A DNA stretch of 64,000 bases from an uncultured Planctomycetia bacterium (GTDB lineage: Bacteria; Planctomycetota; MHYJ01; WSZJ01; CAZYRM01). Within the stretch, counting starts at the first letter, position 1, and every line of letters begins with the position of its first letter. Positions 25,075 through 35,073 of the stretch are shown here, in pieces. Both the position numbers and the translations under genes were made by a program. Below the pieces are notes generated by a model, which made no database searches, had not been told where the DNA came from, and worked only from the letters and a program-made list of their open reading frames with translations. The stretch is from the NCBI GenBank assembly GCA_964649705.1, contig CAZYRM010000006.1, forward strand, positions 6,306 through 70,305, in the 5' to 3' direction.

Positions 25075-27252
25075 CTATTCTCCTTCTTCGCCGCCCGGGC
25101 CCGCCGAGGGGACGCTCCCCGCGTCGGCCTGGAAATCCACGATCTCCATCCCCGGCCCTCCGGGGGTCGTCATCTTCACCAGCCCCACGTCGGGGGCGTA
25201 GAACAGCTCGGAGGTCATCGTCCCCCCGGAGGGGTCCACGCTCTCGTACAGCACCTTCAGGCAGTTCCGGAACGTCCCCATGCGGGTGTCGACCGTCTCG
25301 TTCGTCGACTGGTACGTCCGCCTGAGCTTGAGGCGCCCCGAGGACGACTCCCAGCTCCGCCCCGCGGCAATCGGGAGGACGAACCAGACGTCCCGCTTCC
25401 CCTCCCGCTCCTGCCAGACCTCCTGGGCCCCGACGAACAGCGTCACGGGCCGGTATCCGTCGTCGGCCCCGGACCGCGACTCGACGGCGACCTCCACCTT
25501 CGATCGGCTCCCCTGGTCCTCGACCGCGTCGACGCGCATGACGTCCTCCCGCCCGTCGCTCCAGGCGTAGACCCAGCGCATCCCGAGGTCGAGCGGGAAG
25601 TACCGCTCCCGCACGCGTCTCGTCGACACGACCTCGACCTCGGCGACCGTTCGCAGCTTCTCGATCTCCTCGCGCCCCCATGCCGCATGGGCCTCGCTCG
25701 TGGTTCCCTCGACGAAGGCCTGCAGGAGGGACTCCTTCTCCGAAGGGCCGCACGGTCCCGAGAGACGCTGCTGGAGCTTCCCGAATTCGGCCTCCTGGAT
25801 GGCAGCCGCGATCTCCTCGTCCTCGGGCAGGAGGGCCTGCGCGGTGCGCAGGTGGGAGACGGCGATCGGATAGTCGCCCTCGGAGAAGGCCGCCAGGCCG
25901 AGCCTCCGGGAGACCTCCGCGCACCTCGAGCGCCACTCGTCCGCGCGGTCCGTGTCGAGCGCCTCGAGCGCCTCGGCGGCCGCGACCGCGCCGGCCGAAT
26001 CTCCGTCCACGCGGGCCACGAACGCCTGGATCAGGCGCTCCCGCGTCGCGTCCCACTCCGGTTCCGCTCGCTGTGCGAGGAACCGGTGGACCGCCGCGAG
26101 GCCGTCGACGGAGGCCTCCGCGGGGATCGCCTCGATGGCCGCCGCCAGGAGGCCGCCGGCGTCCGCGGCCGCGTACCGCTGGGCAAGCCAGTCGAGGAAG
26201 CCCTCCAGTCCCGTCGCGTCCCCCTCCGCGAGGCGCCGGGCCAGCTCCTCGGAGCACGCCGTCGCCGACCGCTCGTGGAACGACTGCGCGCGGGCGGGCG
26301 CCATCCGGGCCATCGCGTCCAGCTCTTCGCAGGCCCGAGCGACGTCCCTCGACGCGAGCAGCCTCGCGACGGAGGAGTCCTGCACCTCGATGACGCGCGC
26401 CAGGGCCCGCTCGCGCTCGAGCGGGTTGTGCTGCATCAGGTCGTAGCAGCGCTCGATCGCCCTTGCACCCTGGCCGGACGCGGCGAAGGCCTCGGCCTCG
26501 GCCATCATCCGAGCCTCGACGTCCCACGGCGGCGGGGGAGACGGGCGGATCGCGAGGTAGCGGTTCCAGTGGGCGCAGGCGCGGTCGAGGTTGCCGCTCG
26601 CGAGGAAGTGTCGGGCCGAGCGGTACTCCGCCTCGGGCTCCGTGCACCGGGCGCGGAGCATGTCCAGGAGGAGGAGGTCCAGCTTCGACCGCTGGCCGGT
26701 CCGCTCGAAGAGCCCCTTGAGCGCAGAGAGTGCCCGGGCGCTTCCCGGGTCGACGGCGAGGACCTGCCTGAGCTCCCGTTCCGCCTCGTCGGCGTCTCCG
26801 CACGCCTCGCAGGCGCGTGCGAAGCCGAGACGGGCGTCTAGCGACCACGGGTCGAGCTGCTTCGCGCGCTCGAGCAGGGGGCGCGCGGCCTCGGGCTGCC
26901 CCGCGTCGAGCGCCGCTAGCCCGTCGGCATGGGCCTGCACGGCCTCGGGGGTCCTATCCTCGGGCTCGATCCACTGCTCCTGGGCGGGCGTCGATACGAC
27001 GGTCTCGTCCTCGACGACCTGCGAGGGGGCCGGGGCGATCGTGCGGATGTCGCGTTCGGGGACGCGCACGAGCTCCGCGCCGGTGCGGATGGTGTAGACG
27101 CCGCCCGAAAAGGCGGCAATCTCGCCGACGACGGTCCGTCCGTCCTTCAAGCGGAGCTCGACGGCGCTGGCAAGGCCAGCTTGCTGGTCGTCCGCGGAGG
27201 CGACGGTGGCGAGAGAGAGCAGGACCGTGGCCGCCCAGGTGGCGGTGCGCAT
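25075..27252 (-). CDS. secreted TPR-repeat protein
   Basis: signal peptide; multiple TPR-like helical repeats; element copy at codons 22-29. Confidence 0.5.
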   Translation of the reverse strand: MRTATWAATVLLSLATVASADDQQAGLASAVELRLKDGRTVVGEIAAFSGGVYTIRTGAELVRVPERDIRTIAPAPSQVVEDETVVSTPAQEQWIEPEDRTPEAVQAHADGLAALDAGQPEAARPLLERAKQLDPWSLDARLGFARACEACGDADEAERELRQVLAVDPGSARALSALKGLFERTGQRSKLDLLLLDMLRARCTEPEAEYRSARHFLASGNLDRACAHWNRYLAIRPSPPPPWDVEARMMAEAEAFAASGQGARAIERCYDLMQHNPLERERALARVIEVQDSSVARLLASRDVARACEELDAMARMAPARAQSFHERSATACSEELARRLAEGDATGLEGFLDWLAQRYAAADAGGLLAAAIEAIPAEASVDGLAAVHRFLAQRAEPEWDATRERLIQAFVARVDGDSAGAVAAAEALEALDTDRADEWRSRCAEVSRRLGLAAFSEGDYPIAVSHLRTAQALLPEDEEIAAAIQEAEFGKLQQRLSGPCGPSEKESLLQAFVEGTTSEAHAAWGREEIEKLRTVAEVEVVSTRRVRERYFPLDLGMRWVYAWSDGREDVMRVDAVEDQGSRSKVEVAVESRSGADDGYRPVTLFVGAQEVWQEREGKRDVWFVLPIAAGRSWESSSGRLKLRRTYQSTNETVDTRMGTFRNCLKVLYESVDPSGGTMTSELFYAPDVGLVKMTTPGGPGMEIVDFQADAGSVPSAGPGGEEGE
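27166..27189 (-). repeat. copy 4 of 24-nt element (GACCAGCAAGCTGGCCTTGCCAGC on minus strand), encodes DQQAGLAS
   Basis: 23/24 match; perfect GCTGGC-CTT-GCCAGC inverted repeat. Confidence 0.7.
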
Positions 27253-27358
27253 GGACTTCCCCCCTATGCCGGGCATCTACTAAGGTATCGGCACAGGGAG
27301 GGGGAGGGGTTGAGGGAACGCGCAAGGCTCAATGCGCAAGATGCAAGACGCGCGCGGG

Positions 27359-28246
27359 TCAGTCCCGGGCGGGTGTCGCTGGCGCCGGAACTGCCCAGAA
27401 CCGCTCGAACTCCTCGCGGCGCAGGCAGTCCCCGGCCGTCACGGCGCGCAGGCCGAGCTTCGAGGCGAGCGCGGCCGTCTCTTCGCCGAAGCCCCTGGAG
27501 GCCTCCGCGTCCGCGAAGGAGCGGTCGTACAGGTGGTAGGCGGACCAGGCGACCACGCCGCCCAGCCCCGCGGGGGCGAGGTCGGCGAGCATCTCCTCGA
27601 CCGAGAGGTCATGGTACGCCCCGGGGTGGGCGAGGACGGCGAAGCCCCCCGCGTCGAGGACGTCCCGGATCGCCGCCTTCGCGGAGGGGATCTCGCGGGC
27701 GGCACGCACGCCGCGCTCGGCCTGGTCGAAGAGCGACCAGGCCTCCCGCGAGTCGTGCGCGGCGCGGCGGCGGAGGAGGGCGCGGACGACGTGGCTCGCG
27801 CCGACCGAGACGCGCTCGGGTCGGAAGATCTCGCCCGCGAACGAGTCGGCCCGCCCCGCGCGGCGGGGGAGGCGCTTGAGGACCCCGTGGATGTGGTCCC
27901 GCCTCGCCCGCTGGGCATCGCGGAGCTTCCGGGCGAGGACGACGTTCTTCGGATCGATGTCGATCCCGAGGACCTCCACGGGCTGTCCCTTCCAGAGCGC
28001 GGCGAGCTCGACCGCCGGGTGCATCTTTACGCCCCGCATCCGGGCGTACTGCGCGTACCGGTCCCCGATGTGGACGTCGATGCAGTCCTGATCGGCGACG
28101 GCGATCTCCTTGACGCCCAGCTTCGCGGCGAGGTCGATCGCCTGGGGAGGCGTCATCTCGCCGTCCGAGAGCGAGGTGTGTACGGAGAAGTCGACCCGGT
28201 CGTCGGGCATGATCCGTTGGCGGTCGTCCATGGGTCCTTCCCTCAT
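27359..28246 (-). CDS. PHP domain (polymerase/histidinol-phosphatase-like) phosphoesterase
   Basis: DFSVHTSLSDG metal-binding start; ATGA overlap with tsaD stop. Confidence 0.6.
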   Translation of the reverse strand: MREGPMDDRQRIMPDDRVDFSVHTSLSDGEMTPPQAIDLAAKLGVKEIAVADQDCIDVHIGDRYAQYARMRGVKMHPAVELAALWKGQPVEVLGIDIDPKNVVLARKLRDAQRARRDHIHGVLKRLPRRAGRADSFAGEIFRPERVSVGASHVVRALLRRRAAHDSREAWSLFDQAERGVRAAREIPSAKAAIRDVLDAGGFAVLAHPGAYHDLSVEEMLADLAPAGLGGVVAWSAYHLYDRSFADAEASRGFGEETAALASKLGLRAVTAGDCLRREEFERFWAVPAPATPARD

Positions 28247-29268
28247 GCGGTCGGGATGGCGTCGAGGTCGAGCGCGGAGGTCCGCCCCGCGCGCGAGAGG
28301 TGCCAGGCGAGTCCGGCGATCATCGCCGCGTTGTCGGTGCAGAGCGGGAGGGGGGGGGCGAGGACGGCGCAGCCGACCCGCGCGCCGGCCTCCGCCATCT
28401 TCGCCCGCAGGCGCGTGTTGCAGGCGACGCCGCCTCCGAGGAGGATGCCCCTCGCGCGGGCGCGGCGCGCCGCGAGCGCCGTTCGATCCACCAGCATGTC
28501 GACGACCGCCTCCTGGAACCCCGCTGCCGCGTCCGCGACGTTCACTTCCGGGCGGATCGGGTCCCGGAGCGACGCGTTCTGGCCGCGGGCGTAGTAGAGG
28601 AGCCCCGTCTTGATCCCGCTGAAGCTGAAGTCCAGGTTGTCCCCCTTGGGATACGTCCGCGAGAAGTGGACCTTCGACGGGTCCCCCCCCGCTGCGGCCT
28701 TCTGAATCGCCGGTCCGCCCGGGTATCCGAGTCCCAGCACCGTCGCCGCCTTGTCGAAGGCCTCCCCGGCCGCGTCGTCCCGGGTCCTCCCGAGCAGCTC
28801 ATGCTCCAGAGGTCCCCGCGTCAGGTACAGGCTCGTGTGCCCCCCGCTGACCACCAGGCTCACCGCGGGAAGCGGCACCTCGTCGTGCGACAGCCACGCC
28901 GCGTAGGCGTGCGCCGCCAGATGGTCGACCCCGATGAGCGGCTTCCCCGCCGCCCACGCGATCGCCTTCGCCGTCGAGAGCCCGACGAGCAGGGCCCCGA
29001 CGAGCCCGGGCGTATGCGTCACCGCGATCGCGTCGACGCCCGAGAGCGTCGTCCCCGCCTCCGCAAGGGCCTGCGCGACCACGGGGAGGACCGTCTCCAC
29101 GTGGCTCCGGCACGCGATCTCCGGGACCACCCCCCCGAAGGCGCGGTGCAGGTCGACCTGCGACTGCACCACGCTCGACCGGATCCCCCGTCCGTCCGCG
29201 ACGACGGCGGCGGCCGTCTCGTCGCACGAGGTCTCGATTCCCAGGCAGAGGAACGGGACGTCGCCCAT
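28243..29268 (-). CDS. tsaD: tRNA N6-adenosine threonylcarbamoyltransferase TsaD (Kae1/Gcp)
   Basis: LGIETSCDETA, HLAAH, GGVACN motifs. Confidence 0.85.
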   Translation of the reverse strand: MGDVPFLCLGIETSCDETAAAVVADGRGIRSSVVQSQVDLHRAFGGVVPEIACRSHVETVLPVVAQALAEAGTTLSGVDAIAVTHTPGLVGALLVGLSTAKAIAWAAGKPLIGVDHLAAHAYAAWLSHDEVPLPAVSLVVSGGHTSLYLTRGPLEHELLGRTRDDAAGEAFDKAATVLGLGYPGGPAIQKAAAGGDPSKVHFSRTYPKGDNLDFSFSGIKTGLLYYARGQNASLRDPIRPEVNVADAAAGFQEAVVDMLVDRTALAARRARARGILLGGGVACNTRLRAKMAEAGARVGCAVLAPPLPLCTDNAAMIAGLAWHLSRAGRTSALDLDAIPTA

Positions 29269-29277
29269 GCCGACGGG

Positions 29278-30552
29278 CTACTTCTTTCCTTCGAGCGCCA
29301 GGAGGGCCCGCAAGACGTCGACGGCGCGCAGGAGCTGCACGTCCTCGAACTTGTCCTCGTCCTTCTTCTCGTTCGGGTTCGGGACGACGTCCTCGCTCGA
29401 TCGGTGCTTCTGGAGGTCCGTCATCTGCTGCGGGGTCAGCTCGATCTTGATGTCCGGCTCGATCCCCCACTTCTTCGCCGCGCGCTCCTTGTGGATGCAC
29501 TCGCCGCTCGGCGTGTAGTACTTCGCCGTCGTGAGCTTCACCGCGTCGTCGTCGTCGAAGGGGATGATCGTCTGCACCGACCCCTTGCCGTACGTGCGGG
29601 AGCCGACGATCACGCCGCGATGGTGGTCCCGGATCGCGCCCGCGAAGATCTCGCTCGCGCTGGCGCTGCTGTCGTTCACCAGGACGGCGAGCGGGACGTT
29701 CGGGAGGTCGTCCTCCTTCGTCGCGCGGAACACCTTGTTCTCCTTTTCGAGGCGCCCGCGGGTGCTCACGATGACGCCCTCGTTGATGAAGAGATCGACC
29801 AGGCTGATGGCCTCGTCGAGGAGCCCGCCGCCGTTGAAGCGGAGGTCGACGATGATCGCCTTCGCCCCCTGCGCGTGGAGGTCGCGCACGGCCTTCTCGA
29901 AGTTCGTCGTCGTGTCCTCCTGGAAGGCGGTCACGCGCACGTACCCGACGGTCTTCTCGGCGTCGACGAACCGCGCGCCCTTGATGCTCTTCAGCTTGAT
30001 GATGTCGCGCGTGATCGAGATCTTCTCGGGGGCGAGGCTGCCCTTGTGGTAGACGGTGATCGTCACGGAGGTGCCCGGCTTGCCGCGCAGGCGCTTCACG
30101 GCCATCGTCGTCGTGTACCCCTCCGTCGTCTCCCCCTCGATCTCGACGATGCGGTCTCCGGCGAGGACCCCCGCGCGGAAGGCCGGCGTGTCCTCGATCG
30201 GCGTGATGACGGTGAGCCAGGTGTCCTCGATCGAGATCTCGATCCCGAGCCCGCCGAACTCGCCCGTTGTGTCGATCTGCAGCTCCTTGTACTCGTCCGG
30301 CGTGAAGTACTCGCTGAACGGGTCGAGCTGCGAGAGCATCCCCTTCGCGGCGCCCTCGTAGATCTTCTCGCTCTCCACGTCGTTGACGTAGACCTCCTGG
30401 ATCAGGTCATGAAGCGTCTTCAGGCGGTCCACGCACTCCTCGTCGGACTTCGGGTTGGCCTGGAGGACGGACCCGCGGTAGAGGCTGGTCGCGAGGAACG
30501 CAGCGACGACGCAGGGCAGGACCCAACCGAGGACGATCCGGGTCTTCGACAT
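29278..30552 (-). CDS. C-terminal processing peptidase (S41, Ctp/Prc family) with PDZ domain
   Basis: signal anchor; PDZ; SASASEIFAGA...K catalytic region. Confidence 0.8.
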   Translation of the reverse strand: MSKTRIVLGWVLPCVVAAFLATSLYRGSVLQANPKSDEECVDRLKTLHDLIQEVYVNDVESEKIYEGAAKGMLSQLDPFSEYFTPDEYKELQIDTTGEFGGLGIEISIEDTWLTVITPIEDTPAFRAGVLAGDRIVEIEGETTEGYTTTMAVKRLRGKPGTSVTITVYHKGSLAPEKISITRDIIKLKSIKGARFVDAEKTVGYVRVTAFQEDTTTNFEKAVRDLHAQGAKAIIVDLRFNGGGLLDEAISLVDLFINEGVIVSTRGRLEKENKVFRATKEDDLPNVPLAVLVNDSSASASEIFAGAIRDHHRGVIVGSRTYGKGSVQTIIPFDDDDAVKLTTAKYYTPSGECIHKERAAKKWGIEPDIKIELTPQQMTDLQKHRSSEDVVPNPNEKKDEDKFEDVQLLRAVDVLRALLALEGKK

Positions 30553-30606
30553 GGACGACTCTCCAAAGGCCGGCAAGGCGACGTCAGACGTGCCACCACG
30601 GGGAGA

Positions 30607-30679
30607 TGGGCAGGGCCGGGATTGAACCGGCGACCCCCGGCTTTTCAGACCAGTGCTCTTCCAGCTGAGCTACCTGCCC
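30607..30679 (-). tRNA. tRNA-Phe (anticodon GAA)
   Basis: cloverleaf: acceptor GGGCAGG/CCTGCCC, D-arm GCTC-AGCTGGAA-GAGC, anticodon loop CTGAAAA, T-arm GCCGG-TTCAATC-CCGGC; CCA not encoded. Confidence 0.85.
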
Positions 30680-30698
30680 GTTCGGAGGGACTCGAATC

Positions 30699-31658
30699 CT
30701 AGCGGCCCTCCGGCGAACCCGTCAAGCAAATCGCTCCCGACTCGGCGAGGAGCGCGTCCTTGTCGCGGGCGATCTGCCTCGCGAGCTCCTGCGCGGAGGA
30801 AAAGGCGCGCTCGTCGCGGAGCTTCCTGTGGAACTCCACCTCGATTTCGGCTCCATAGAGGTCACCGCTGAAGCCCACGAGGTGCGCTTCCACGGATTCC
30901 GCGGCGTCGGGACCGTCGAACGTCGGGCGGCGGCCGACGTTCACGAGCGCGGGGTACTCGACCCCGCCGGCGCGGGCGAGCGCCGAATAGACGCCCGTGG
31001 GAGGGCAGACGACCCCCGAGAGGTCGAGGTTCGCGGTCGGGAAGCCGATCGTCCTGCCCCTCCCCGCGCCGCGCAGGACGCGGGCGAGGACGGAGACGGG
31101 CCGGCCCAGGAGCTCGGCGGCGTCGGCGAGGCGCCCCCCGAGGATCGCCTCGCGGATCCGCGTGCTCGAGATCGGCTGGCCCCGGTGCTGGACGGGGGAG
31201 GAGCCGTACACGGAGTAGCCGAATTTCGCGCCGAGGGACTCGAGGACCGTGCGGTTCCCCTCCCGGTTCCGCCCGAAGGCCGTGTTGTACCCCGCCACCA
31301 CGCCGCGTGCCGAGAGGGACTCCACGAGGACGCGCCGGACGAACTCCTCGGCCGAGAGGGCCGCGAAGTCCCGGTCGAACGGCAGGACGACCGCCGCGTC
31401 GAGGCCGAGGCGCTCGAGGAGGACGAGGCGGTGGGGGAGGGAGGTGATGAGCGGGGTGGACACCCCGGTCAGGACCGTGCGGGGGTGGCGGTCGAACGTG
31501 ACGACGCATGCCTCCCCGCCGACCTCTCTCGCGCGGGCGAGGGTGTCTCGGAGGATCTGCTGGTGGCCGCGATGCACGCCGTCGAAGACGCCCCAGGTGA
31601 CGACGGCGCCCTTCACGGCGCCGCGCGGGACGCTTTCAAGGCCTTGGAAGCGACGCAT
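30699..31658 (-). CDS. ribF: bifunctional riboflavin kinase / FMN adenylyltransferase
   Basis: GVFDGVHRGH, C-terminal riboflavin kinase GRRPT...E.H. Confidence 0.85.
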   Translation of the reverse strand: MRRFQGLESVPRGAVKGAVVTWGVFDGVHRGHQQILRDTLARAREVGGEACVVTFDRHPRTVLTGVSTPLITSLPHRLVLLERLGLDAAVVLPFDRDFAALSAEEFVRRVLVESLSARGVVAGYNTAFGRNREGNRTVLESLGAKFGYSVYGSSPVQHRGQPISSTRIREAILGGRLADAAELLGRPVSVLARVLRGAGRGRTIGFPTANLDLSGVVCPPTGVYSALARAGGVEYPALVNVGRRPTFDGPDAAESVEAHLVGFSGDLYGAEIEVEFHRKLRDERAFSSAQELARQIARDKDALLAESGAICLTGSPEGR

Positions 31659-31706
31659 CACTCCTTCGGTTCTCCAGACGCCATCCCCCGCCCGGAGAAA
31701 CCCATG

Positions 31707-32531
31707 CTAGCGGGGGGCCACGGCCGGGTCAAGCGGGGTCTGGGAAGCGACGGGGACCAGGAACCCTGTGATGTGCCGCGAGAAGACCTCCGGAGCCTCG
31801 AACATCGGGCAGTGTCCGCAGTCGGGGATGACCACGTGCGTCGCGCCGGGGATCTCGCGCGCGGCGAGGGCGTGCTGCGTGGTGTGGATCACCCCGTCCT
31901 TGTCGGTCCCGAGGACCAGCGTCGGGGCCTGGATCGACCTGAGGTGCGGGAGGACGTCGGTCGACTTGAGCGAGAGGACCGATCCGATGGAGCTCGCATA
32001 CGTCGTGGCGATGACGTCGTCGATCACGTCGTCGGCGAGGCGGACCTTGTACGTGAAGTCCCTCGAGACCCAATGGCGCACGAAGCGGACGTGCATGAAG
32101 ATCCACATGAGCCAGCGGAACACGGGCAGGAGCATCAGCTTCGCCTTGGCGAAGAGACTCGACGGCCCGTGGATGGGCGGGTTGACAACGACGAGGCGCT
32201 CGACGCGCTCGGGGTGCTGGGAGGCGAAGAGGCTGGAGATCATCCCTCCCATGCTGTGGCCGCAGAAGACGGCCTTCTGCCAGCCGAGGGCGTCGAGGAG
32301 CTTCCCGACGAATCCCGCGAACCACTCGATCGTGTAGGGGACGTCGGGCTTGTCGGACTCGCCGAAGCCCGGCAGGTCGATGGCGACGCAGCGATATCGG
32401 GCGGAGAGCGGGGGGAGCATCACGCGCCAGAACTTGAGCGTGGCGCCCCAGCCGTGGATGAGGAGGGCGGGTTCGCCGCTGCCGGCCTCCTCATAGTGGA
32501 CCTGGATCCCGTCGACCTGGATGAACGGCAT
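31707..32531 (-). CDS. alpha/beta hydrolase fold protein
   Basis: HGWG, GHSMGG nucleophile elbow, C-terminal D/H. Confidence 0.7.
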   Translation of the reverse strand: MPFIQVDGIQVHYEEAGSGEPALLIHGWGATLKFWRVMLPPLSARYRCVAIDLPGFGESDKPDVPYTIEWFAGFVGKLLDALGWQKAVFCGHSMGGMISSLFASQHPERVERLVVVNPPIHGPSSLFAKAKLMLLPVFRWLMWIFMHVRFVRHWVSRDFTYKVRLADDVIDDVIATTYASSIGSVLSLKSTDVLPHLRSIQAPTLVLGTDKDGVIHTTQHALAAREIPGATHVVIPDCGHCPMFEAPEVFSRHITGFLVPVASQTPLDPAVAPR

Positions 32532-32614
32532 GATTCCCCTCCCGAAAGGACGCGACAGGATAACCGCGGGCGAAGAACGATGCAAGCGGGGAGCGGGGCC
32601 GGTAGGATACGCGC

Positions 32615-33190
32615 ATGGCCGAGTTCCAATTCTACGGGACCTGGGACGACACGTGGAGGGCGCTCAAGGCGGTCCTCGGGCGCGAGGGGACGGCGTTCGT
32701 GGCGGACCTCGCGTACCACTATCCGAGGCCGGTCTGGATCCGCAGCCTGACGTCGCACGCGAGGGAGATGCTCCACCGCAGGCGGCGCGTGTACGTCTTC
32801 GGGGCGGAGTTCTCGACGCGCCCCCCGTGCCTGGTGCAGCAGATGACGGGATCGGTCGCGGGGAAGCACTTCGTGTACCTGGCGGGGGGAGGGCAGGGGC
32901 TCGAGCTGGCGCTCCCGAACAGCCACCTGGACGAGGGGGTGTGGCAGCTCGACGCGGGAAGGCTGACGTACCCGCACGAGTTCTGGAACGGGGAGCGCGG
33001 GCGCTGGGAGAAGCCCACGACGGCGCTCAAAGGGGCCTTCCTGGACGTGAAGGCGAGGCTGAGGGGCGAGCTGGAGCAGCACCTGCCGATCCGCGACCTG
33101 TGGATCGGCCCGCACGCCTGGGACCTGGTGAGGGACGGGAAGGCGCGGATTCGCGTCCTGACGCTCCCGCCGGGCGCACGGAACGCTTGA
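32615..33190 (+). CDS. hypothetical protein
   Basis: 191 aa ORF, coding-like GC3; no family recognised. Confidence 0.4.
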   Translation: MAEFQFYGTWDDTWRALKAVLGREGTAFVADLAYHYPRPVWIRSLTSHAREMLHRRRRVYVFGAEFSTRPPCLVQQMTGSVAGKHFVYLAGGGQGLELALPNSHLDEGVWQLDAGRLTYPHEFWNGERGRWEKPTTALKGAFLDVKARLRGELEQHLPIRDLWIGPHAWDLVRDGKARIRVLTLPPGARNA

Positions 33191-33252
33191 CCGGAATAAC
33201 GCATCGCGTTACTCTCGTACGTGGGCTGGAGGGGAGGCACTCGGGACCGCGG

Positions 33253-33924
33253 ATGCCGTCCGCACATCTCAAACCGACCCTCGTTGCGCACCAGATCGGG
33301 CGTCTCAAAGAGACCTACCGCGACTTCGTCTCCGACGAGTCGACGCGGACGCTCAGCGAGTTCTTCTTCGACCGGATCTACTCCACCGGCGACAAGGACA
33401 AGCGCGACGCCGACTTCAAGCGCATGTACGAGACCTTCAAGGACCGCCTGGGGGAGGAGATCGCGTCGCAGCTCCAGAAGCTGATCCACGTGAACGAGCT
33501 GACGGACGTGCTCGACGACCGGATGGTGGAGATGCTCGTCGACTACGGCGTCGACGGGAAGTTCACGAACGAGCAGTACGAGCGGGCCTACCGCGAGTGC
33601 GACAACTACGAGGAGCGTTCGGAGCAGATCGAGCTCCTGTGCGATGCGATGGTGTTCTTCCACACCATCTCGCACTGGAGGTCGATGGGGCTGGCGCTCA
33701 AGGTGATCAAGCTCGTCGCGCGGCTGAAGGGGGCCCGGGAGCTGGCGGAGTACCTGGACGAGGGGTACCACGCGTTCCGGACGCTGAACGACATCACGAG
33801 ATTCCGCGAGACGGTGTACGAGCGGGAGTTCGTCAGGCTGAATCGGATCTACGGCCTGCCCCAGGAGCCGCGGCCGTTGTCGCCGCGAAAGGGGAAGGCG
33901 GGCGCCACGAGGCGTATGAAATAG
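33253..33924 (+). CDS. hypothetical protein
   Basis: 223 aa ORF from ATG 33253; followed by GC-rich hairpin 33961-33981. Confidence 0.4.
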   Translation: MPSAHLKPTLVAHQIGRLKETYRDFVSDESTRTLSEFFFDRIYSTGDKDKRDADFKRMYETFKDRLGEEIASQLQKLIHVNELTDVLDDRMVEMLVDYGVDGKFTNEQYERAYRECDNYEERSEQIELLCDAMVFFHTISHWRSMGLALKVIKLVARLKGARELAEYLDEGYHAFRTLNDITRFRETVYEREFVRLNRIYGLPQEPRPLSPRKGKAGATRRMK

Positions 33925-34022
33925 CGGCCCGGTTCATGGCTCGGCCCGGCCAGCTTGTAGGGGCGACCCGCGGGGTCGCCCGAGGCGGCGAACTTGAGAC
34001 ACGCCGGTATCGGGGGTGCAGA

Positions 34023-34454
34023 ATGGGGGTCTTCCGCGACGCGGACCAGGCGTGGGAGTGCCTGGGCGGGCTGTTCGAGACGCTCTCGCGCGACCCGGAG
34101 GTGGGGCCGAAGCTCCGGGAGGCGGGGGTGGTGCTGCGCCTGAACTACACGGACCCGTCGCTCTCGGTCACGGTGGACGCGACGGCTCCGCAGGTGGACG
34201 GGGTGCACGTGGCGGTCCTGCGCGGGGACGGCGGGGGGCTGGTGCCGCAGGCGGAGCTGGACATGAGCGCGGACACGGCGCACCGCTTCTGGCTCGGGCG
34301 GCTGAATCCGATGATGGCGATGATGAAGCGGGAGATCGTGGCGCGCGGGCCGATCGGGCTGGTGATGAAGCTCCTGCCGATCGTGAAGCTCGCGCACTCG
34401 ATCTACCCGAAGCTCCTCGCGGAGCGGGGGCACGGGGCGCTCTTGGAGGCGTGA
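34023..34454 (+). CDS. SCP2 sterol-binding domain protein
   Basis: C-terminal RFWLGRLNPMMAMMKR...KLLP typical SCP-2. Confidence 0.55.
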   Translation: MGVFRDADQAWECLGGLFETLSRDPEVGPKLREAGVVLRLNYTDPSLSVTVDATAPQVDGVHVAVLRGDGGGLVPQAELDMSADTAHRFWLGRLNPMMAMMKREIVARGPIGLVMKLLPIVKLAHSIYPKLLAERGHGALLEA

Positions 34455-34486
34455 GAAAAAAGATCCATCCCGTTCCCGGATTCCTC

Positions 34487-34515
34487 TTGACGCTCATGAC
34501 GCACCGCGTTATATT
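34487..34515 (+). promoter_or_regulatory. sigma-70-like promoter TTGACG-17-TATATT upstream of phasin gene, overlapped by dyad ATGACGCACCGCG / ATGACGCGGTGCG (candidate PhaR operator)
   Basis: near-consensus -35/-10 with 17-nt spacer, 75 nt upstream of ATG 34591. Confidence 0.45.
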
Positions 34516-34590
34516 TCCCTCAGTCATGACGCGGTGCGGCATGTCTCACGGTGAGGCGGTCGCGGCGGAGCGTCGAAAGGAGGACGAACC

Positions 34591-34938
34591 ATGGCGAACA
34601 CGAACGGAAACGGAACCTGGAGCTCCCAGCTCCGCCGCATGGTCCTGGCGGGCGTCGGGGCGGTCAGCCTGGCGAAGGAAGAGGTCAAGTCGTTCGTCGA
34701 GAAGGCCGTCGAGCGGGGCGAGATGGCCGAGAAGGACGGGAAGAGCATCCTGAAGGACCTGGTCGCCAAGCAGAAGAAGAACCTGAAGGAGGGCACGACG
34801 AAGCTCGAGCACGGCCTGGACGGGCGGCTGGAGCGGCTCCTCGGCCGGATGCGGATCGCCACGAAGGGCGACATCCAGAACCTGACCGAGAAGGTCGAGG
34901 CCCTGGCGTCGAAGGTGGAGAAGAAGGGCCGGAAGTAG
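34591..34938 (+). CDS. phasin family protein (PHA granule-associated)
   Basis: small coiled-coil Lys/Glu-rich protein; adjacent to phaR; AGGAGG RBS. Confidence 0.6.
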   Translation: MANTNGNGTWSSQLRRMVLAGVGAVSLAKEEVKSFVEKAVERGEMAEKDGKSILKDLVAKQKKNLKEGTTKLEHGLDGRLERLLGRMRIATKGDIQNLTEKVEALASKVEKKGRK

Positions 34939-35073
34939 CCCTCGCAGCCTCGGAACCGAAAAACACCCCGGGGGTGTCCCCCTTGTTCCGGCGGCCCGCG
35001 AGTAGGCTCACTCCCGCCGCCGAAAAATCGGGGGCCCTCCGGGGCTTCTACTCGAGAAGGGTCGGTTCCGAGC

